A stretch of 64,000 bases of DNA from Leidyana gryllorum EB-2025a (lineage: Eukaryota; Protista; Apicomplexa). Shown here in pieces: positions 22,197 to 34,754 of the stretch. The first letter of the stretch is position 1, and each line of letters begins with the position of its first letter. A program made the translations under genes and the position numbers. The stretch is from contig JBLWGC010000230.1 in the NCBI GenBank assembly GCA_048772705.1, forward strand, positions 434,001 through 498,000, read 5' to 3'. The notes beneath the pieces were generated by a model that saw only the letters and a program-made list of their open reading frames with translations, was not told where the DNA came from and ran no database searches.

Positions 22197-24167
22197 ATGT
22201 TCGTGGCCTCGAATGCTGACGATGATGAGGGGTTGCTGAATTGCATCAGGAAGGAGATCGATGAATATGTGCGACGACGCGAAGCTGGCGGGTATCCGGC
22301 CGGGCTTGGTGTACCGAACTTGCGCACTTATGCCGACTTGGAAAGCTTTCAGCGCGACACCCCGATGTATTGGTCTCACTATGACACGAGCAAGCGTCCA
22401 ATACTAATGTGGTCACTGCCGCACTCTGATTCTCTCGAGTTTCGTCATAGACTTGTCTTCCATTTTCTAATTGCTCTAACTTACCGGCGATGGGCGCTAG
22501 AAGGTGAGCCTGGTTTCGCTAGTGGCGAACTACCCTACTTTTGAGCAGAAGCGTCGAGCCGAGGTGTGATGAGTGAGGAGGATCGCCGATTTGTTCTGGT
22601 GGTTTTGTGCGGTAACACCAAATATGAATGGCTCAAACTGTCTGAGTTACGACACTTGCGGGATATCACACGTGACCACTTCCCGAATACACTCGCTCGG
22701 GTGTACATCGAACAAGGGGTCTTTTACGATCAGGTGAGTTCGAACGGACACTTTGTTTGTCACTCTTCTTCAGTCACCCTTATGGGACTTATTTAGTCAG
22801 CTTCTGACCGCAGACGAGAAGAGGTGCATAGAGCTGTTGACGTAAGCTGTGTGGTCGGGGGCCGCTCAATGCGTCATGCTATCTTTCCTGACAGCGATGA
22901 AGTTGCAGCTGTTCTGAAACTGCCCGACGAAGAGAGTGTTCCCGACATTCGGTGGCCATTTCCCATCATCGATTGCCAAGTTAAGCCTCAAACGTGGCAA
23001 GTCGATCAGCCGCCTCCACCGGGCACCCGAAGAGTAGCTCCCATCCCGGCGTCCCCCACACCCGCCGCCTCAGCCCCCACACCCGCCGCCTCGGCAGAGG
23101 TTCTGAGAGAAGTGGCGCGGCAGGGCTCGGAGAGTCCATCGCAGGAAACGCCAATGCCGACCCCGACTTCGGCTGCGACGGAAGATATTGAGCTGCGACG
23201 GATGAGCGAGTTTCCAGCAGCCTACAATACCGAAGCTGTGATGAGCAGTGTCAATCCTCTCTTCTCACTGCCACCTGAGTTCTCTTTGGGAAGAGAGGAG
23301 GACGACGACGACGACGACAAGATAGCCGATAGTGTCAGCCGGAGTCACAGTCGAAGCCCAACCGAGAGTTGCCGCCAGAGCCGGCCCTCGGTGGCCGCTG
23401 AAGAGGAGGTGGCGCCGTTGTCTTCCCCCCTACACGACAGTCTCTTCCTGTGCCGCTCCGAGGTCGGTTTTGCAGCTTCGGCGGGGGCGGCGGTGTTGGC
23501 GGGAGGAGAGATTGAGCACTCGTTTCTCGCGCCGGAGTGTCAGTACGAGAGTTCTTCTTCCTCTTCCTCGTCATCTGAGACGAGCTCGGTCGACCAGGAG
23601 AGGCGACGGTCGTCAGTGCCTCTGTCTCCTGACACGGAATCGATTCTGGCAGCGCTGATCTCAGAGGACTGTGTGTCAGTCGAGGAGGCTGCGACCCCCA
23701 TCAATGTTTATTTGACGGACGATCTGCTCGACGATATGCTACGAAGGGAAGCCATGGCCCGCACGACACACCACCCAACATCCACGTCCTGGACCCCTCG
23801 ATTCTTCGCTCCCGGGCGACGGTTCCTCGAGGACGCGTCGCCCTCTGCCTACCATCCCCACGGAATTATTCCCACACGCAGGCCGCGCCATGTTCCTCCT
23901 CTCTCACAGTCGAAGCCACTCAATCGAAGCCGAAATGCCTTCCATAAACTTTGTAGTGCTATCGTTGCTACTCCTCGTAGTATAGGCTCTACTACAGATC
24001 GCGATAACACCACCACTACGGGTGGCCACTCCACCAGTAACGGACAACTCTCCATTGTCCGACCAGATCTGCATATGGTTACCACTGCTCCACCGTGTAT
24101 AAGTTCTCCCCCTCCCACCTCTCTTAGATCCTCTCGTTTGCTTTCATGCTGTACTAGTCGGTCCTAA
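22197..24167 (+). CDS. Protein with N-terminal CRAL-TRIO/Sec14-like region and long Ser/Pro-rich disordered tail, multi-exon; start uncertain
   Basis: YDTSKRPILMW, FVLVVLC and DHFPNTLARVYI resemble CRAL-TRIO motifs (D..GRP; ..YP.RL..I); 447-aa low-complexity last exon. Confidence 0.55.
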
Positions 24168-24196
24168 AAGAGACATACACACACTCTCGCTTCTCA

Positions 24197-27100
24197 TTAT
24201 TGCAGCAGGAATTTCTTGCGAAACTCATCGTTCGTCAGAGGTGGCGGCTCGCTCTTCTCATTCCGCGACAGCCCAGCTGCCGGTGGCGCCGTCCACTCTT
24301 TCCCGTCCAAGGCTACTCGGCTCTTCATCGGTACTCCTCCTCCGAGCCGTGCAACCGGCGGCGGCCGCTCGGACTCGGGCACTTCCTTCTTGGACTGTTG
24401 CACGTGGACAGCTTTCTTGTCTGATGCAGTGGCGGTGAGACAAAAAGTAACGCGAATAGTGAGTGACTTACCCACCGATTGACCGTCCAGGGAGGACAGC
24501 GCCATAGTGGCGTCCATTGCGTCCTCAAACTCCACGTAAGCTAAGCCCCGACACTTCCCGGGCCTGGCGGGGTCCGCAGGCAGATTGACCCGTCTCAGTC
24601 GGCCAAATGGCTCCAGAAGCGACTTGAGCCTCGCCTCGTTGTAGGATGAAGGCAGATTTGAGATAAAGAGCGTCCGCGACAGCGTGTGCGGATCAGCCCC
24701 TTTTCTCGGACCTTTTGTTAGACTCCCCTTCAGTTGTGCGTTCTGTCAAACACTCAGTTGGAGGGTCGCAACAAATGAACAACGACGCAGAGGAGACGTG
24801 AGACAGACAGACAGACAGACCATTGCCACGTTACATTGCTTCAATAACTCACCCGAGGAGCTTTTACTGCGGACGCATTCGAGCGTTTAGGCACCGAGGG
24901 AGCGGCCACCAATCGATGTCCTCGCAACACCTGTTTGGGAGAAGCCAAGAAGTGTCACTTGGAGATTGAGAACTCACGAATAGAGAAGGGTGCGTTTCTT
25001 GCGCGCGCAAGACATCTTGAACAGCGACTTTACTACTAAGGTCGACGTATCCATATATCTGGCCTCCTTTGTCGTTGTTGTGCCTTAAGCGGACCTCCTC
25101 AACATGCCACGGCTGCTCGCATTCAGACTTGAGATCGGCTTCCTTATTAACGTCATCTGTTGAGCCACGATCACAAATTTCATCACCGAGGGAAGACTTA
25201 CTGTCGCTGACAACCGCATCCTGCTCAGCCGCAGCCACAGGGGAATCTGACGCTGTTTGATCATCAGCTTGGCGGAACCGTTTTCGAGGTTGCGGTTGAT
25301 TCTCCTCGGAACTAATTGCTCCCCGTTTCCTATTCGCCGCACGTTCTGCGCTCCCGCTCTCCCAGCAGACGGCTGATACCTTCTCGAATAAGGCTTTGAG
25401 CTCATCAATTTGGGCATCTGATGGTATATGCGAGACAAACACTGTTTTCTCTTCGTACACGGGCCCCTTGGGAATCGATATAGCAGCTTTAACGCGCATC
25501 CCATTGATCATTCGCCCCCCAAATAGCTTTTCCGCTTCTTTGGCAGCCTCTGCATCCTCGAACTCGACATATGCGAAACCTTTTGATTTCTTGAATCGGT
25601 CTCGGACCAATCGCACTTCTTTCAGCTTCTGGCACCCAACACTGCGGATCTCGTGCTCCAACATCTTCTCGGATACACTCGCCTCAATGTTCGACACCCA
25701 CAATGTGTTCCATTCGATGTGTCCGGCCCCAAGTAAACTCGCGTCCACCACTTTGGACATTTGTGATTTCGCCTGCTGTTGGAACTTCTGTTGGAGAAAG
25801 TGACTGCCAACACGCGGCTCAATAACAGTGGATCCCGAAACCGTTCCTCGAGTCTCGTCGGTGGGCTGATCATCAGTCAGTCCTGGCTGCTGTGTCTCGT
25901 CATCCCGCGCTTCTCCTTCCCCTGCCCTTTCCCCTTCGCCGCCAGCCTCATCCTCCTCGGCCATAACATTGTCCTCAGCCATAACATTCTCCTCAGCCAT
26001 AACATTGTCCTCAGCCATAACATTGCCCTCTGCTCGTCGATCGCGATTCACTCTGCTGCCAACACTCAACGGCGGGAGATGTACGGGTGCTTCATTGATA
26101 CTGGTTGTGGAACTGCAGCTCGGCGTTGATCTCACACTTCTGCTGTTGAGAGCGGCATTCGCATTCTGCATCTGCGCCCGCGTCCACTGGTGGCCTCCAA
26201 AAGTCCCGACAGACTGTGGTATGAGGCTCGGAGACACTGGATGCCCGTCACTACTCAGAGTACCTGTCAGGAGGACGGGGGACCGGGCCGGTGGGAACTC
26301 ATTGGGCTTCAGTGGCATGTGCTCCGACAAAGGAGGAATTGGAGGGGCCAAGGAGGGCAGTGAGGCCTCGTGACCGTCCCGAGTGGCTCGTGTCAAGTGT
26401 TCTACGTCCTCCACGGAGAGTCGTCGCATCGGAGAGGTTATAGGAGAGACATGCCGGTCGCCAATAGACCCATCAGTTGCCATAGGCGACACCTGAGGAG
26501 ACAGCGATGGTCGAGGTGACGTTCTCGCTGGCATCCTCTTGGCGATGAGGGCGTCCATGGCTGCCTGAGCCAAACTTCCTGCATCACTGCTGGAACTTGA
26601 ACTCGACTGCGAGGCCAACTCGGCTGATATTTCGGTTCCGTTGCGCGTGTTGCTGACATGGCGGCGCAAATTCGATGTGTGGAAGGGTCGCGCTTTGAGC
26701 TCCTCCAAGGCCACTCGGACTGGGGCGCCAAGTTTGGGGAATAAAGACGGCGGCGGCAGTGGATAGGCCGTCAGCAATTCCACATTGTCAGGAACTTCTT
26801 CCGGCAAACTCCATTCCTCGCCAGACTTGAGCGAGTCAGATAGTCGTGAGATCCATTCGAACAAGACAAAGATTGGATGTTTCTCAAACACCGCCCCGGC
26901 CGCAACAGTGGCCAATTCTGATAAGACTGCCACCTTTTCCACCAACGGAGGCCGAGTCTTTAGAACTGCAAAGCCATCGTCCTCAGCCAGACGTTGCAAT
27001 ACCAGTTGGAATGATTGGTCGACAGGCTGATTCAACAATGTCTTGGCGATGACTCGCGGATCCAACTCGCCTCGAATCAAACAGGAAGAGATCCAGGAGC

Positions 27101-30100
27101 CTTTGAGATTGTTGAAATATCTGATCAACTTTTTCGTCAGCACATTGATGTGGAAGACTCACCTGACATCACTGCAAACGCAAAAAATCAGGATTAGTCC
27201 GATCTTGAGGTTCCATATAGTGGCCATCACCGTAACGGGATCGGCATCGAGGCCCTGCAGGCGGTTGAAGGCTTCCACAATCCCATCGATCGCATCAAAG
27301 AGGTCAAAGACCTCATTTATTGGTCGGGAAAGTCGAGCCATGAAAATGCCTCGAAGGACCTTTGCCATGAGTAATGTGGTGAAGAAGGCTTGGTACAAAC
27401 TGCTCAAGTCTCCAACACCATCACCGCCATTCAGATAATTGGCCATTTCGAGAACTCTCTGCTCCGTCATGTCCAATACAGTCGACAGGGCCTCATAGAG
27501 GTCGTCACTGTTTCCGGGATTATTGCTGTTGGTCTCTCTATCGGTGGCCACAGCACCGCGGAAGAACAAGTTGTCTTGTGATTGCATGTCTCTGCACAGT
27601 ACATATCAAATTGACTTCAATCCGACTTTGTTGACGAAGTGACTCACCTGAATGTCTCCTCAATCACACGCAGTGCCCGTGTCGTGACATGGAGGAACTC
27701 GGAGGTATGCGACTGTAAAACATCAATGCTCGGAATATTCAGATCTTGAGGTCCTCCGAGCTCTGCAGGAGGAGGCAGAACCTCACTCACCCGCCACCAA
27801 GGCGGAGCCATGAGACATTTGTAGTACGCTCCATTGTCAGGATTCTTGAACGACCCAACGAAAGAGTTTAGATCCTCAAAGTCAGTGGAAGCTTGTTGCT
27901 GAGCGGGGTGATGAGAGAGAAGTTAGTCGTAGTCACCACTTTCGAGTACTCACCTTTATCAATGTGAACAATCTGATCCAACAGCAGCTCTTAAGTGGCT
28001 GATGCCGAGCCGCGCTGTCAGCGATCCAATACAACCAGAAGCTCAGCCATTTCGAGGAAGGGACAAAGATGTTGTCAGTGGCTGCACGATTCAAGAAGTC
28101 CCAAAAGCCTTCAAAGATGTCCAGCCGAACGTCGCCAAGGGCTTCCAAGGCGCGAATGTATGTTGCAGCCACCTGACGCTTCTGCATAATGACTTTGTTG
28201 CGAGTGTGATAAAATATCTTCTCAATGGCACTTAGAATATCCTCCGAGGGACCCAAAGGAGAGGCCCCTCCATTGATAACTTGGGGACAGGGTAACGAGA
28301 CAGATGGGGGAGACGACGGGGTGGTCGCGGTCACCCGGACAACACTTCTTCTACTACCATTATTGGGATTAGGAGGAACACCCATGTCCATTGGACCAGT
28401 CGTATCGCCGCCAGTAGTGGAGGTCTGGTCAAGCCGATCAGTAAGCCTATCCAGGACAGCCTCTTCGAACTGTAAGTATTTGGTCCAAAGAGCACTTCCT
28501 GTGCTCGCATGCCGAGCTTCTCTCCCCTCCCATAACTCGGATCGGTCATTGTCGTCCTCAACCATACCATCGAGATCTTCGTCCATCTGATTAACCAACA
28601 TGATTCGACCAGCCGAACCACGACGCTGGCCTCCATTAGAAGCCGTTGACGGCTGCGCCTGTGGGGACAGTAACATAGGCTGACCGCTGTGTAATTTATT
28701 AGCTGGCCGTCCAACAGTCAGGTCAAATTGTTCACTCGCTTCATCAGACGCTTCTTCATTCTCCATACCGCATGATGATACTGCAGTCTCATACCGCTTG
28801 CGCTTCTTCCATTGCTGACGAACAAACAATCACAAAATGCCAACACCACCTCACCTTTTCGCTTGCATTCACCAATTTCTCTGCCAAACCCACACACCGA
28901 TGTTTCCGTCGATGAACGTCAGCGTGAACAGGTACTTTCAGACACCGATCGACGATGGCGTCTATAACAGTACTCTTGAATTCTTGAGGACGCTGCAAAG
29001 CAGCGCTCACCGGAGCCTCCGTAATACGGAAGTAATCCGGGACATCCGTCTCGAATAGGCGATACTCGTCAAGTATCTCAGAGAGATTCAGCGAAGCCGT
29101 CGATAGCTGCCGATAGTACAGCAACCGGAGTTTCCAGCTCTCGCAAAAGATCATCCACATCAACTCCTTCATTTCTTCACTCGGAGCCTCCCGAAACAAA
29201 GGCTGGGTCTCTTGAGTACCCAGCAACACCCCGCCTGTGCTGGAAAAGCTTCCACGACTCGACCGTCTTCGTCTCACAGGAGGCCCGTTACCGATAGCAG
29301 TAGTGGACTCACTCATTGGCGCTCCTCCGTCGACGCTTGTCGCCGTCGGCACCGGCAACACCTCGTCGCTTTGGTGATGTTGCATAGCGCTTGTCGCAGT
29401 TGCTCCCTGCCACTTCTCCAACAGGTCGCGCAGAGAACGCTGCGAACTTGTGCGTGCGAGATTCCAAAGCTGACTACTCGCTGTTGGATGGTGACCAGCA
29501 ACAGAGAGAGCAGCCACTAGCAGCTGCTCCATCGGAGCGACGTCAATACCGTTGCACAGGGCTTCAATGCCGCTACCAATAGCCTCAATTTCGGGAGAAC
29601 ATCCCGTCCACCTTTGTTTCTGACTCGTAGCCAACCCCAGCGATAAAGGAAAGTCCAACACCCCCAAGAAGAGATCAGGGGCAGGAAAGAGAACCGGAGG
29701 ACCGTTGAAGCCCCCCGCAATTTGGTCGCAACTGAAGTCAACGTCAGGCATCAAGGCCACTTCTATCAACGAGGTCCATAATTCAGGTGATCCTGTTATA
29801 CAGGCAGCTTTGTAATACAAGTCAAAGAGGCCGCCTCCTTCAGCATTAGTGACAACAAAGTCGCGATCCTCCAGAAATGTCTGAAAGAACTTGGTGTTCA
29901 CTGAAAGCAAGAAACCGTCAATAGTTTAGACTTTGCACACTGTCAGAGTTCACCTGGCGATAAGTGGATAGCAGAGTCGAAAAACTGTTTTCGGGTGGCT
30001 TGATCCCCCAGTAGCGCAGTATCTCGGGCCAGCTCCTCTATCAGTCGTAGTGAGGATCCGTGCAGCTCATATCTCTGAAGGCGAAGGTAGTTGTTGGGTA

Positions 30101-30190
30101 CCCCAGAGCATCATATGAGCTCACCAGACTCAAATCGTGTATCTTCAGCTTCAAGATGGCCTCTATCGACTCATCTGTCATCATGGTCAT
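24197..30190 (-). CDS. SART3: U4/U6 snRNP recycling factor SART3/Prp24 (helical N-terminus, several RRMs, C-terminal LSm-binding motif), multi-exon
   Basis: RRMs (LWVSNI..KSKGFAYVEF; VFVSHI..YGYVDL; LFISNL..CRGLAYVEF) and terminal PLTNDEFRKKFL matching the SNxDFRKMFL LSm-interaction motif. Upstream exons contain HAT-like segments (LWTKYLQFEE). Linking all exons into one gene is inferred. Confidence 0.8.
25961..26025. repeat. 18-bp coding tandem repeat, about 4 copies (NVMAE[D/E])
   Basis: ccataacattgtcctcag repeated within the SART3 exon. Confidence 0.85.
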
Positions 30191-30208
30191 TGAGGGAAAA
30201 AAAGTCAA

Positions 30209-31511
30209 TTAAGGCTTTCCGCCAAGTTCCTCAATCATCCGACCTTCTTCCTGAGTTCTGAAGGCTTCTAGACGCTGATTCTCCGAATCTGTCGAACTCT
30301 TCACCAAGGACAAATCGGTCTCTAGGGGTCCTCTAATACTATCGGGGTTGACGTTCATCTCAAGCAGCACTACACACACAAACCGCAATCTGCAACCACA
30401 GATGCCTACTAATGACTCACGATTTTCAGTCAGACGTCGGTCAGCCTCAAAATAGGCACGATGGGCCTCGGCTTGCTCCAAAGCTTGGTTCAGCCTTTTC
30501 TTAATGTCCTCAGAATCCAAATCTGAGAGAGATTATGGGTACAACCTTTGGTGTTCTTGCAACTCACTCATTTCCAGCCCGAATTGCTTCGTGCTCGCAC
30601 TGCCCGGATTGCGAGCCAAGTCATAGTTTATCCTCTTCAAGCTCGTCCTGATGTCCTGTGGGTTCAGCAACTCCATAGGTTTGATATACAGAATCGGAAG
30701 ATGTACTGCCTCCAGATCTCGTTTCGCCAGCTCCACTTCATCATCACCGTACTCCGCGATCAAGTCCGCTTCTTCTTTGGCACGTTTCTCCTCCGGTGTC
30801 ACTTGCTCAGTTTGAGTGTTGTTCGGTGTGACATCTGATTGAGCCCAAGAACTACACTTCTGTTGTACGTTGCACTTTACCTGTTGTGGGGTACTTGATC
30901 GTCAAGTGAAGTTCACCAGGCAAATGTTTGCCGCTGTCATCATCTGCCTCAGCCGGAGCCTCCCGCTCCACTGCTGCCGCAATTCGTTGAGCAGTAGATA
31001 ACAAACTTTGTGTCTGAGTTTCGATATGGGACTAGGGTACTGGTATCGACTATCTACCTCTTTCACTAGGTTTCCTGCCTGGTTGGCATTTGCTGTAAGA
31101 CTAGCTGCGAGATTGGACCTCGCTTTAGCCTGCGCCTCCTGCACTGCGGCAGAAGTCCCAGCCGCAGCTCCATTGGCCCCCACAGTGGCTCCATTGGTTG
31201 TTCCAGAACCACTGGCCGAACTCGACCCCGACCCGGAGCTGGATGACGAGCCAGAACCCGTTCCGTAGTAGTCATCGTCGCCAAAGTCCCAGTCGCTACC
31301 ACCTCCAGCGACAGATGAGGCTGCTGCGTCGGTAGCTGCCGAGCTTGAACCTGTTCGACAACGTGTGTCGGCCCTGCGGATGAAGGATATGCTCACCAAT
31401 AATCTGGTTTAGTAGTGATGTAACAATGCTCATTGGATCCAGCTTAGCCTGTGCTCGTAGTTGAGCGCCATCAACGAGCATCACGGTGGCCAGGAGTGGG
31501 TAGACCTTCAT
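30209..31511 (-). CDS. Putative secreted protein with Gly/Ser/Ala-rich region and helical C-terminus, multi-exon
   Basis: N-terminal MKVYPLLATVMLVDGAQ signal-like peptide; successive short exons 31296-31511, 30902-31399, 30533-30802 and 30209-30520 with GT-AG introns. Confidence 0.6.
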
Positions 31512-31550
31512 GTGTGGCGTGCGTTTGCGCGCGTGTGGCGTTCGAAATTT

Positions 31551-33229
31551 ATGTCTTCCGTCGTCCTTAGAATTGAAGGGAGTGCTGGAAGATGCCGGTT
31601 GGTGTGCAAAGAGAATGATACTCTCTTAACAGTCAGGGCTCAAGTGGCAGAGAAGTTCCAGGTGCCGTTGGCCGAGGTGGCGTTGGTATGCGAGAATCAA
31701 GTGAGTGATGTTCATGGTTAATGGCACTGTTAGTGGGCATCAGATTATCAGCGGTGATAATCGAACTCTCAAGGCTATTGGGCTTCCTTCTGGTTCGACT
31801 TTACGAGTCCACACTGCTACTCCACAGTCCTTCGTGGTGGGAGAATATGGGAATGCAGCATCGATGATGTCGGAACCTATGGGCTCTTCAATTGCAAAGA
31901 GCGTCAGTAGTATGAGCTTGGCGCCGAGCCGGGATGGCGCTCCGAGAAAGAAGAAGAAGGGGGAGCACAACTTCAAACCGTTTGAAGCATACATGAATGA
32001 AGTGGATTATGACACTGCTAGTCTACCGCTGCATCACTGTTTCAAGCCGGTGGCTAAGAACCGGTCTGGTGCAACACCACTGCCTCCTACGATCACTTTG
32101 AAGCATCAGCCGTATCGTCACGTTGACCACTTGGAGGTTATGAATGTGGGTGAGATCACGAGTTTTGTAAGCCATTGGCGTTACGACTTGGAAATGTTGA
32201 CGCAACGCGCTGGGTATTTGATTGGGTATTATCGAGACGATCCGCACTACGAAGGGTGTGGAATTCGCGCTGTTGTTGAGGCCATTTACGAGGCTGATCA
32301 AGTGGGGACGACCGACGACGTGTTTCTCACGGATGATGATGGCATGCTACCTGTAGTCAAAAGGGTGGCAACAGCTCTGGGGTTAGAGATTATTGGATGG
32401 GTATTTACACATCTGCCCCGCGAGAAGCTGATATCGGCGTCGGAGGTGCTGCGCATGGGGAATCTGCAGCTGCAATATCTACATAGAGATCAACATTACA
32501 CAAAGTATCCTATTTCAACCTTTGTCACTATGACAATTAGCCCCAAAGAGGAGCTCAACGGGGAGCCCGCTCCCGATGCCTTCATGGTGTCGGATTTGGT
32601 AAGACTGGCGTCCCTTTGTTCACCGATGGCACTTTTCGCCGATAGGGGCTATCACTCATCCGCGATGGGCTGATCGCGGAAGAGACCACCGGGCATGATT
32701 CAACTCTTCAGACTCGTCCAGCAACTTCGGTGAGCTCAAAGTGGCAATCTGACTCCACAACGTGGCCGCAGGATGAGTTGATGCCCACTGTATTGGAGCA
32801 AGGGCAATCCGTCACCAAGTTCGATGCCGACTGGGTTCTGATTCGAGTGAACGAGTCCGCCCCCAAAATGGTGAGTCTATTCGATCAAAGTATTTCGGCG
32901 CGGGATCACACATTTGTTCCTCTCAAACAGCCACGGAGCCTGTTGAAACGCAGTACCTTCCCGCGGATTGGGCGTCAAACTGCAACTTTCGCAGACGTGG
33001 CGGTACGTATAGTCTCAACTTATCTCTTAACTGAACCACTTTTGTTGTACTCAGACGTTCTTGAATGAATGCCCGCCTGGCCTGGAATCCTGGGAAGTGT
33101 ATGCAGATTTTCACTTCCTCCTCTATGTAGCCCAGCATTTCGGAGTGGAGAGTGCTGAGAGCATTTGCCACGCCATTCGCCATAAGACTGCCATAGACCC
33201 CTCTTTCGAAGAGATTCTCCGCACTTTAG
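31551..33229 (+). CDS. NPL4: Nuclear protein localisation protein 4 (Cdc48/p97 cofactor), multi-exon
   Basis: Ubiquitin-like N-terminus (VLRIEGSAGRCRL), ITLKHQPYRHVDHLE, QRAGYLIGYY, IRAVVEAIYE, IIGWVFTH, AFMVSD. Confidence 0.92.
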
Positions 33230-33244
33230 CTTGAAAAATTCATC

Positions 33245-34743
33245 ATGAAGTTACCCCTTTGGCTCCCATTGGGGATTGCTCTCACTTGTGGGAAGACCAT
33301 TGCACCCCCTTCTCGGCCCCCTGTAGCCCTCACCCACCAAGATAATGTCACACTCCTCAATGAACGACTTGCAGCTCCACTAACTTCCCAGTTGCGTGAC
33401 ATGTCGCTAGCCTCCCGCCACGGAATCATACAAGCTAATGACAAGCTAGTCAAGTGAGTCTCACTCCGTCATCCCCGCCAAAGTGTATCACACATAAAAG
33501 GAAGTATATACTAAGCGAACCCCGCGATTACCATATGATGGTTATGGTCGGGGCGAACGAGGACTTCTGCCCGTATTGTGGGTAAGAGCCAGCGGCCTCT
33601 GATAATGTCGAAATATATACCCAACAGAATGCTGAGGGAAGTGTATGAGCGCGTCATGGAACCCCAGCTACTGAAGACTGGGTACCTCGTTGACAAAGAC
33701 AACTACCCGACCTTCTTCGTGTATCTCAATGGCCAAAAGGACCAGACGCTTGCGAATGTTCTCGATATCTCTAGTGTCCCAGAAATGTTCCTCCTCACCG
33801 ACTACTCGCTGAAATGTGTCGACAAGGACGACAAGGAGATATCACTGGAACGCGATAGCAATAGGCTTGAACGATGCATCGTTCATCCCGACTATTGGAT
33901 GCAAAAAGACATGAGAAGACCCGCACACGATGCCAAGGAGTTCATAGATGTCCTCAAACAACTCCTTGGCAACGAAGCTATCGCAGGATCCGAAGATGGC
34001 GGTTCGAGCAGTAAAAGGGGCAAGAACCTTTACATATTAATCGCAACTGGCCTCGGTTTGATCGGCTTGGGGGTTAGGTACTTTGATACACTGAGAGATC
34101 TTATTGTACGATTCCCAGCCATTGTTGCAACACTCGGTTTGGTGAGTTCCCCCCCTCGCAATACACACCAAGCACGTTGTCAATGTCGCAGATCTCTTTC
34201 TGGCTCAGTACATCCGGCCTCATTTATAATCTCCAGCACGGGATGCGCCTCTACGGTATCGACCGCCAAACCGGATCTCGGGTCTTCCTGTCACGACAGG
34301 GCCGCAGCCAGTATGTGGTGGAAGGGATAGCGTTCTCTGCCTTCAGTGAGTCAAGTCTCCAGCTCCTGTGTCATAACCGCATTCCAGCCATCTGCGCATC
34401 CTTGGCGTTCTATGGATCTCTTCGTCTCAAGCCGTGGGCCTACAGTGTCTGGCAACAGAAAATGAAGGGCTGGCGGAAGGTCATCTTGACGCTGTTCGTT
34501 ATTCTGGGAGTCTTCACCACTTTTGTGTCATATGGCATTGTAAGTGTTTCCTGCCTCCCCAGCTTCTCCCTCCATCCACGCCGCTTTGTACTTCAGTTGG
34601 ACTTCGGAGTCAAAATAAAGCACTCCTATCTGAGACCGACCTTCTTTCCCCAGGGTGAGTTGCTGTCAATTCACTCATGCTCGCTCAACCGTTCAGGAAT
34701 GGTGTGGGGATCGGCCCGAAATGATCGGATGTACGGCATTTGA
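33245..34743 (+). CDS. Oligosaccharyltransferase OST3/OST6-family subunit, multi-exon
   Basis: Signal peptide, thioredoxin-like lumenal region, multiple TM helices with SGLIYN...QYVVEG motif. Confidence 0.8.
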
Positions 34744-34754
34744 GACATACACCT

